Below are positions 25,961-32,000 of a DNA stretch of 32,000 nucleotides, piece by piece. The notes beneath the pieces are model-generated. The model made no database searches. It saw only the letters and a program-made list of their open reading frames with translations, and was not told the origin of the DNA. The DNA comes from Breznakia blatticola (GTDB lineage Bacteria > Bacillota_I > Bacilli_A > Erysipelotrichales > Erysipelotrichaceae), in the NCBI RefSeq assembly GCF_004365815.1, contig NZ_SODD01000005.1, forward strand, positions 30,001 to 62,000, in the 5' to 3' direction. Numbering within the stretch: position 1 is the first letter of the stretch; each line of letters begins with the position of its first letter. The position numbers and the translations under genes were made by a program.

Positions 25961-27007
25961 TCAGGGCATTGATATCCAGTGCTGGAGCCTGTGTTTTTTT
26001 TCCGGTGGATGCACATTTCTCAAATCAGGATTAGAATAGAAAGCGGTTTCAAATTTTAGAGCATTCACTTTTCTATCTTCATCCAAGATATGAGCGTAGA
26101 CTTTGGTAACCATATCAATCTCAGCATGTCCGGTATCGCCCTGAGTGGCTTTCAGGTCGCCGTGGTTGAGCTTTAACTTGTAAGTGGTACTAGAATGTCT
26201 AAGCGAGTGAAAAACCACGTTAGGAAGCCCTGCACGTTCTTTGAGCTCTGCAAATGCTTTGTGAATCAACCGTTCATCACACGGGCGCCCATTCGGCAAC
26301 GCAATCACAAGATTATAATCCTGATACTCTTCACCTAAGAATCCTCTTAGCTCATCCTGTACCGATTTCCATTCTCGCATGATGTAGGCAACTGTTTTAG
26401 GCAGCCATATTTTCCGGATGCTAGAAGTTGTCTTTGGCTTTTTCAAAATTACCCGTGTGCTTGTATTTGGCATAAGCGGTGTAAAAATGTGGTAGATATC
26501 CTGCTCACCAATCATTTCAATTGCACGCTTTGAGCAACGAGTGAGCTCCTTATCGATATAGATATAAGCATTATCGTCAGCAATATCTTCATCTGAAACA
26601 TGAACATTATCCCACGTCAAACCCAGACATTCACCCATTCGCAAGGAACAAGCAAAGGCCAGGTTCATTGCAATATAGAGTTTCCCGTCACGGCATTCAT
26701 CCAAAGCAACCCGAATCGTGTTTGCATCCCATATATCACGTTTTTTATATTCAACCTTTGCTAGAATTGTGTGTTCAAACGGATTCTTACCAATCATTTC
26801 CCAACGCACTGCCTGATGAAAGGCGCAGCGTAAAAGTTTGTTGATTTGTGAAATGGTTGAATAGGTGACATACTGAGTTTTTGCTTTTCTTTTCATGGCT
26901 TCTTTATGGGTATGCCATGTTTCCCATTTTTGTTTTGTTTCGCCTTTTTCATCCACATAGTTATACACCAGTGAATACGATTTTTTTCTTTTTATAATTG
27001 AGGCCAT
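25961..27007 (-). CDS. Tyrosine recombinase/integrase (probably defective: 3' frameshift, short core-binding region)
   Basis: 348 aa. Arm-type N-terminus MASIIKRKKSYSLVYNYVD. Catalytic residues are readable (SLRMGE...; HSLRHSS; GHAEIDMVTKVYAH with the Tyr). See findings for the A8 frameshift at 25994-26001. Confidence 0.85.
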   Translation of the reverse strand: MASIIKRKKSYSLVYNYVDEKGETKQKWETWHTHKEAMKRKAKTQYVTYSTISQINKLLRCAFHQAVRWEMIGKNPFEHTILAKVEYKKRDIWDANTIRVALDECRDGKLYIAMNLAFACSLRMGECLGLTWDNVHVSDEDIADDNAYIYIDKELTRCSKRAIEMIGEQDIYHIFTPLMPNTSTRVILKKPKTTSSIRKIWLPKTVAYIMREWKSVQDELRGFLGEEYQDYNLVIALPNGRPCDERLIHKAFAELKERAGLPNVVFHSLRHSSTTYKLKLNHGDLKATQGDTGHAEIDMVTKVYAHILDEDRKVNALKFETAFYSNPDLRNVHPPEKKHRLQHWISMP

Positions 27008-27028
27008 ACGTCTTTCTTCCTTTCGTGA

Positions 27029-27238
27029 CTAGAGATTTTGTTTATCTAGCCAATCATCAAATGATTTTTTTGAAATTCGTATGGCAGTACCGATGCGTAC
27101 TGTTTTGAAATGCCCCTCCTTGACCAAGGTATAAGCGGACGTTCTGCCGATATTCAAAATTTCAGCAATATCCTCTACTTTATATGTTCTGGAGTTTGAG
27201 GCACAATTAGCATTTACGCATTGCAATGTGCTGTCCAT
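27029..27238 (-). CDS. Excisionase-family helix-turn-helix DNA-binding protein
   Basis: 69 aa counted from ATG 27238, which follows SD AAGGAGG. YKVEDIAEILNIGRTSAYTLVKEGHFKTVRIGTAIRISKKSFDDWL is a typical Xis/MerR-like HTH. The ORF-track start at 27286 lacks an SD. Confidence 0.8.
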   Translation of the reverse strand: MDSTLQCVNANCASNSRTYKVEDIAEILNIGRTSAYTLVKEGHFKTVRIGTAIRISKKSFDDWLDKQNL

Positions 27239-27548
27239 AATGTCCTCCTTTCGGACACAGAGCAGTGCGTGTAAAATAACTTCCATTTATACTTTACCGC
27301 GTCTCTACTCAAATGCCTGCTAAAAAAGTAATCGAATTATCCATAAGCATAAAACGGACAGCTACTGGCATACCTAAAGGTATTTCCTTTGGGCACAGCT
27401 CCACGGGAATTTCACCCCTCCGGCGGTCTGATACATTTCAGATTCAGCCGCCATAAACCCATACTTTGTGTAGAGAAAAACGAAAGCCACTACCGTCTAA
27501 AGTGCGGTTCTGTGCTTACAAATCTGAATTATAGGTGTATTTTTCGAC

Positions 27549-28262
27549 TCAAGCTATTTTCTTATTAAATCGTTTTGTCGGTAATACCATCCACATAAGA
27601 ACTGCGAATAGTGCAATCCCTATCAATATATAATCACTTTCCTTGACGGCTTTCGCTAGCCAGTATGACGGAAGCACCGAAAAAATACACTGCGCTTTTT
27701 CGTTTATGAAAAAAGGTGCTAAAGCTCCAAGCGTAAACAGCATTGTAAACTTGCCCACCGCCATTCCCTCAACTTTATTTGCGGAAAACGCTACAATTAG
27801 CAAAGCTGAGCAAACACCTTGCACCGTGCTTACGATTGCCAATCCAATTAACATTGCCGTATTCATGCTTACATGGTGGAAAAGTGCAAACACAATGACA
27901 CTCATAACCATTGAGATAATTCCTGTTAGACCAAACCGCGATAATAAATATCCTGTTTTCCCCAATGGCGTTACTGCCAAATAGGATATTAGCCGTTCAT
28001 CAGCTTCCTCTAAAACCACCATTGCGATAACAAAATTATACATTGACGGTGTGAGCATAACTAAAAATAAATCCAGTAATCCGTAGTATGGTGATATGAT
28101 GTGTTCTATAGCCAGATAGTTAATAAGCTGCATTTCGACTAAGGGAATACCAAACCGAAACAGTAGTCCCACCAAAACCGGCACAAATGCAATAACCAAG
28201 AGCATAGGGTCTTTTTTCATCTGCCGGAGCATTTGGGAATAACTCAGTAAAATTGCTTTCAT
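27549..28262 (-). CDS. ABC-2-type exporter permease (half-size), second of pair
   Basis: ~237 aa with about six hydrophobic helices. ATG 28262 overlaps the upstream stop (ATGA), giving translational coupling. Confidence 0.75.
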   Translation of the reverse strand: MKAILLSYSQMLRQMKKDPMLLVIAFVPVLVGLLFRFGIPLVEMQLINYLAIEHIISPYYGLLDLFLVMLTPSMYNFVIAMVVLEEADERLISYLAVTPLGKTGYLLSRFGLTGIISMVMSVIVFALFHHVSMNTAMLIGLAIVSTVQGVCSALLIVAFSANKVEGMAVGKFTMLFTLGALAPFFINEKAQCIFSVLPSYWLAKAVKESDYILIGIALFAVLMWMVLPTKRFNKKIA

Positions 28263-28939
28263 AGCTTTACACCCCCAAGCCTTTTCCACATTTTCTCTGT
28301 TGAACCATAAGCAAGAACAAGTAAGAGCGTAAATACAAGTGCAAGGATAGCTATATCATAACCGGCACCGTGCGTACTCCCTGTAATTAAGGCCATGCTA
28401 CTACTCAGCGGATAAAATCGCAAAATATCTGCCGGATAAAATAGATAAATAAGCGGTGGCACAAAGCATATAATTTCTACAGGTACGGTTGCCATCAGAT
28501 ACCCATTCAAGCTACTTATTCTCGTGGCTACAATCAGTCCCAACAGTGTAAAAATGCCCGAAGTTAAGGCGACAGAAAGCAAGAGCATTGGGATATTATT
28601 GCTATCCGCCACTACTGCCAGCACCAAAGAAACCAACACGGATATAACGGCGAGTGAAAGCACTTTAGATAAAATATATTCTATTGTCGTTACAGGGGAT
28701 ACAGCCAGTGCGTTTAATACCCGCTCACTCTTTTCCAATAGCACAATCGCACCCATAAAGAACAGCCCAAGAGCCGCCGGGTCGGAATATATCATCACAC
28801 TTGCAGCCTTTTCTCGCCATGCTTCGGGAAAAAACAATAGCAACATAATATAGACGACTGAAAAAGTCACATAAAGAAAGTAGAAGCCATACTTTATTTG
28901 AAATCGCATATCCCCAAGCAGGAGCTTTATAAACCTCAT
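28259..28939 (-). CDS. ABC-2-type exporter permease (half-size), first of pair
   Basis: 226 aa, polytopic. Its start overlaps the ATPase stop by 4 nt. Confidence 0.75.
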   Translation of the reverse strand: MRFIKLLLGDMRFQIKYGFYFLYVTFSVVYIMLLLFFPEAWREKAASVMIYSDPAALGLFFMGAIVLLEKSERVLNALAVSPVTTIEYILSKVLSLAVISVLVSLVLAVVADSNNIPMLLLSVALTSGIFTLLGLIVATRISSLNGYLMATVPVEIICFVPPLIYLFYPADILRFYPLSSSMALITGSTHGAGYDIAILALVFTLLLVLAYGSTEKMWKRLGGVKL

Positions 28940-29781
28940 TTTAGCGTCCTCCCGGTAATTTCAATGAAAATGTCATTCAACGTAGGTTCGCTGCTGTGAA
29001 TAGACTGTATGCGATTGCTTTTCAGCAATTCTATCAATCTATTGTCCGCCGATGTCTGTGCCAATGGACATTCGCTGGTATGCTTTGTACCATCATGGAA
29101 TGTGTACTTTACGGTTGCCGCCCCTTTCCGCATTATCAAATTGTGGGGTGTATCCAAGGCTTTAACGTGACCGTCAACTATGAAGGCAACCCGATCACAA
29201 AGCTCGGTAGCATCCTGCATATTGTGCGTTGTGAGCAGAATGGTCTTTCCGTGTTTCTTTTCGTCCAATATCAAATCTTTCATTATGCGACTGTTAGTAG
29301 GGTCAAGGCCGCTTGTCGGTTCGTCAAGGAATAAAATATCGGGGTCATGTAATAGGGCTTTAATAAAATTTAGCCTTGATCGCATTCCTTTGGAGTAGTC
29401 CGACACCTTTTTATCACCGTCGTTTTGAAGCCTCACGCGCTCTAAGAGGGTATCAATGTTTCGGGGCGGCTTTGTATATAGAGAGGCAAAGAATTGTAGG
29501 TTTTGGCGTGCGGTCAATTTTTCATATAAGGTCGAATATTCAAAATCAACACCAATGCTTTCATAGAAAGATTGCTTATGCGTTTTGCATTCAACGCCAT
29601 TAAGTATTGCGCTTCCGTTATAAGTTGTTATTAAGCCGGTCAATATTTTTTGGAGCGTTGTTTTGCCTGCCCCGGACGGGCCGAGGAATCCGAATATTTC
29701 GCCCTTTGCTACATGAAAACTCATGTTTTCGATAAATGGTTTATTTGTATAGCTGAAGTCTAGCTTTTCAACAGTTATCAT
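28936..29781 (-). CDS. ABC exporter ATP-binding protein
   Basis: 281 aa. Walker A GPSGAGKTT, signature YSKGMRSRL, Walker B LFLDEPTSGLD, H-loop TTHNM. Confidence 0.9.
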   Translation of the reverse strand: MITVEKLDFSYTNKPFIENMSFHVAKGEIFGFLGPSGAGKTTLQKILTGLITTYNGSAILNGVECKTHKQSFYESIGVDFEYSTLYEKLTARQNLQFFASLYTKPPRNIDTLLERVRLQNDGDKKVSDYSKGMRSRLNFIKALLHDPDILFLDEPTSGLDPTNSRIMKDLILDEKKHGKTILLTTHNMQDATELCDRVAFIVDGHVKALDTPHNLIMRKGAATVKYTFHDGTKHTSECPLAQTSADNRLIELLKSNRIQSIHSSEPTLNDIFIEITGRTLK

Positions 29782-29837
29782 AAATACCTCCCGTATTGAC
29801 TGAATAAGTCTTTTTGGTCAAATAAAAAGCAAATTTT

Positions 29838-30434
29838 TTACTTTCCGTGTATTAGCTGTATAACAAGCCCCTTAATTGTCAGCTTTAATGCTTCATCAAA
29901 ATATTTCTCGCCCACTCCACGCTTGTATACCATAGCGATAAAAAGATTTCGCAATGCCGTTGAAAGTGCATCAATATTATCATTGCCCGGCAAAGAAAGT
30001 ATGTTCATCACATCTTTAACAAGATCGCTATCGTGCCCAAAATGCTTCTGCATAATTTCTTGTGGTAGCTTGCGATACAACAATTCTATTTCGCCAGTTG
30101 TCAAGAGCTTTAGAACACCGGAATCGTCTACGGACTTATAATACCGATAAAGAATGTTGGTCAATCCATCAACTGACACTTTTCCTTGAAGTCCACGCAT
30201 TTCATCCAAAAGCTGTTTTTCAAGCATATCGTGCTGGTCTTGCAATACTTCAAACAATAGCAATTCTTTTGTCTTGTAGAATAGGTAAAAAGTGCCTTTC
30301 GGTATTTTTACACGGTCAATTAAATCATCAACAGTTGTACGCTTCACGCCGTAATTCAGCAGACAATATGTCGCCTCTTCTTTAAGCCTCTTTTTGATAT
30401 AGGAACGTTCATCATCAGAATATGTTTTTGGCAT
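29838..30434 (-). CDS. TetR/AcrR-family transcriptional regulator
   Basis: 198 aa. N-terminal HTH TTVDDLIDRVKIPKGTFYLFYKTKELLLFEV. SD AGAGGTG upstream. Confidence 0.85.
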   Translation of the reverse strand: MPKTYSDDERSYIKKRLKEEATYCLLNYGVKRTTVDDLIDRVKIPKGTFYLFYKTKELLLFEVLQDQHDMLEKQLLDEMRGLQGKVSVDGLTNILYRYYKSVDDSGVLKLLTTGEIELLYRKLPQEIMQKHFGHDSDLVKDVMNILSLPGNDNIDALSTALRNLFIAMVYKRGVGEKYFDEALKLTIKGLVIQLIHGK

Positions 30435-30446
30435 ATATGCACCTCT

Positions 30447-30501
30447 TTTTGACTAAGTTATTCTTCATAGTCAAAATAGCACTTTTCCATTATTTTGTCA
30501 A
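30447..30501 (-). promoter_or_regulatory. Promoter (TTGACA-N17-TATTTT) with overlapping palindromic operator
   Basis: Minus-strand TTGACA lies at 30501-30496 and TATTTT at 30478-30473. The perfect inverted repeat TTTTGACTA (30447-30455) N12 TAGTCAAAA (30468-30476) overlaps the -10 and the transcription start. Confidence 0.6.
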
Positions 30502-30687
30502 TATATTTGCTGAAAAACGAGCAGATTCGTTTGCAAGGTTTTTCATGGGTCAATGAATATTGCTTGTGCATTTGAAAACGAAAATGACGAATACACTTTT
30601 GCTTAGTCATTTGAAACTGTCCAAACATCATGCATATCGTCATTTTTTGCATTATAAAAAAACTTATATCCTTAACCTCTTTAGGTT

Positions 30688-32000
30688 CTAGTTAAAATTA
30701 TACATACTCATATAATTTGTTTGTTTTTTCTCGACATGAGTCTTCGCCATCGATAGCATTACTAGATTTGCTAACTGAACTCTCACTCTAATTGTATCTA
30801 AGTTTCGCAAATAATGATGCTCAAATCCATAATCACAATCCAACCTTGCATTATACCTTTCAACTGCGGTACGCCCTTTATAGAGTCTTTTAAACTTCTT
30901 TGATCCTCTTGCTACTTCGTTGAATATACGCTCATCATCTTTTAGATATAGTCGATATACTTTTCCATTATGCTCATATCTCATGGCTTTTCTTGTTTTG
31001 TCATAGCCTAAGTATTTCATAGAATCCGCTTTACCTGTTTCAGGATTTGCGTAATATATATCACCATTTTCATAGTAGTATATGTTCGTATCTTTGTATT
31101 GTGTTCCATCTTCATCTTTTCGCATTTTCCTTGCATCAACGATAGGTCTAATCCCTAACCCTCTTGCTTGATTGAATAATTCCTTTCCATCATATCCTTT
31201 ATCAAGCATTAGATATTTAGGCTTGTGACTTAACTCTTCTACCATTTCCTTCATTACCATACGTTCACTGATATTGGCTTTATCAATATGTACGTTAATT
31301 GGGAGTCCAGTTAATACATCCACAATTACGTGCGCTCTAAACCCAAAGAAACTATGTTTTTTAATCTTTTCTTTTCCATTTTTATCTGTAATGAAATTTT
31401 CTTTAATAGATACCGATGCATCATTCTCGCTACGGCGCTCTCCATCTGCATGTTCATTTACTCGATTCGCATAACTCTGAATATATTTTCCATCTCCTGC
31501 TAACTTTTCTCCAAATCCATCCACATTCTCATAAAAATACTCTACCAGATTCTTTTGAATAGAATCTAGTTCCTCTTGATAATTTTCCAACCTTTGGTAG
31601 AATCGCGTAAAGACTGCTTCTCCAGGAACTTTCTTTTTAATACCATCAATATAATCAATATCTCTTAACCCACATATCTTTCGCAAATCTCTATTTCGGT
31701 TTAATTCTCTTATAAATGAAGCAGTAGAATTATGTCCTAATACAATTTTTGCGAGAGCCAGATTCAACATCACTTCATTTGGATAATCATTTCTTCCTTT
31801 TCCACGCTCACGATTCAGAGAAGTTACCAATGTAGAAACATCTAGTCCCTTGAAACAATATTCTAAACGCAAAAAATCATCACTTACTTCAAGATCTAAA
31901 CACTCAAAGATATCCATTTGAGTATGTTGCATTCGGAATTTCTTCAAAAGTGATTTTTCTTCAGGAATTAGTAACGATTTTGGTTGTTCTTGTGGTACAA
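30688..32000 (-). CDS. IS5/IS1182-like DDE transposase (5' end may lie beyond the window)
   Basis: DUF772-like N-terminal region (GRNDYPNEVMLNLALAKIVLGHNS...LRKICGL). C-terminal YKGRTAVERYNARLD motif. The frame stays open from the TTG at 31947 up to position 32000. Confidence 0.8.
   Translation of the reverse strand, partial: VPQEQPKSLLIPEEKSLLKKFRMQHTQMDIFECLDLEVSDDFLRLEYCFKGLDVSTLVTSLNRERGKGRNDYPNEVMLNLALAKIVLGHNSTASFIRELNRNRDLRKICGLRDIDYIDGIKKKVPGEAVFTRFYQRLENYQEELDSIQKNLVEYFYENVDGFGEKLAGDGKYIQSYANRVNEHADGERRSENDASVSIKENFITDKNGKEKIKKHSFFGFRAHVIVDVLTGLPINVHIDKANISERMVMKEMVEELSHKPKYLMLDKGYDGKELFNQARGLGIRPIVDARKMRKDEDGTQYKDTNIYYYENGDIYYANPETGKADSMKYLGYDKTRKAMRYEHNGKVYRLYLKDDERIFNEVARGSKKFKRLYKGRTAVERYNARLDCDYGFEHHYLRNLDTIRVRVQLANLVMLSMAKTHVEKKQTNYMSMYNFN

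Larger units (their letters stand above)
25758..30687. mobile_element. Higher-GC integrative island remnant (int-xis plus TetR/ABC exporter cargo); boundaries approximate
   Basis: Hand counts of 60-nt lines give 40-47% G+C inside (lines at 26581, 28261, 29401). Outside, lines at 13201, 13381 and 20401 give 22-33%. The island starts next to a tRNA, carries integrase and excisionase genes, and ends at an IS. Confidence 0.6.

Noticed and set aside
27643-30385. Plus-strand ORFs within the island (27643-27984, 28524-28853, 28996-29603, 29923-30385)
   Set aside because: All are antisense to the clearly coding ABC/TetR genes. The higher GC content of the island lowers stop-codon frequency and so produces long spurious frames.
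30458-30652. 64-aa minus-strand ORF between the IS and the TetR gene
   Set aside because: The nearest SD-like AAGGA is ~17 nt from the ATG. The translation is oddly Cys/Met/Phe/Lys-rich. The ORF also covers the promoter and operator of the TetR operon, so it is probably non-coding regulatory DNA.
1-32000. CRISPR arrays, rRNA genes, tandem repeat arrays, recognisable defence systems (RM, TA, Abi, CBASS-like)
   Set aside because: No regularly spaced direct repeats and no rRNA-like sequence were seen. None of the ORF products shows nuclease, methylase, cyclase, or toxin motifs that I can recognise.

Overview
AT-rich Firmicutes-type chromosomal segment, roughly one-third G+C by eye. All calls come from motifs read by eye; no searches were run.

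Left to right:
- An nfnAB-like ferredoxin:NADP oxidoreductase pair.
- An ECF-type sigma operon with a multi-pass membrane protein and an ABC ATPase plus large-loop permease (sigY-yxl-like layout).
- An alpha-glucan block: glycogen/maltodextrin phosphorylase, an atypical 645-aa GH13 enzyme, and an oligo-1,6-glucosidase-type GH13.
- A very AT-rich ~2.4-kb islet holding a lipoprotein, a membrane protein with a small winged-helix regulator, gene debris and a long non-coding stretch.
- A YesM/YesN-type two-component system.
- An intact IS4-family element (18-bp IRs, 10-bp TSD) sitting in the loop of that operon's terminator.
- An Fe3+/polyamine-type ABC importer.
- deoC plus a split transketolase.
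- tRNA-Arg(CCU).
- A visibly higher-GC island: a decaying tyrosine integrase, an excisionase, and a TetR-controlled ABC exporter with two half-size permeases. It ends at a second, unrelated IS5/IS1182-like transposase gene that runs off the window.

There is no rRNA and no CRISPR array, and I could not recognise any known defence system.

Most worth a second look:
- The ECF sigma/membrane protein/ABC module.
- The AT-rich islet with its startless ORF and a mini-ORF embedded in a terminator.
- The IS insertion inside a terminator loop.
- The decaying int-xis island with its operator-controlled exporter.
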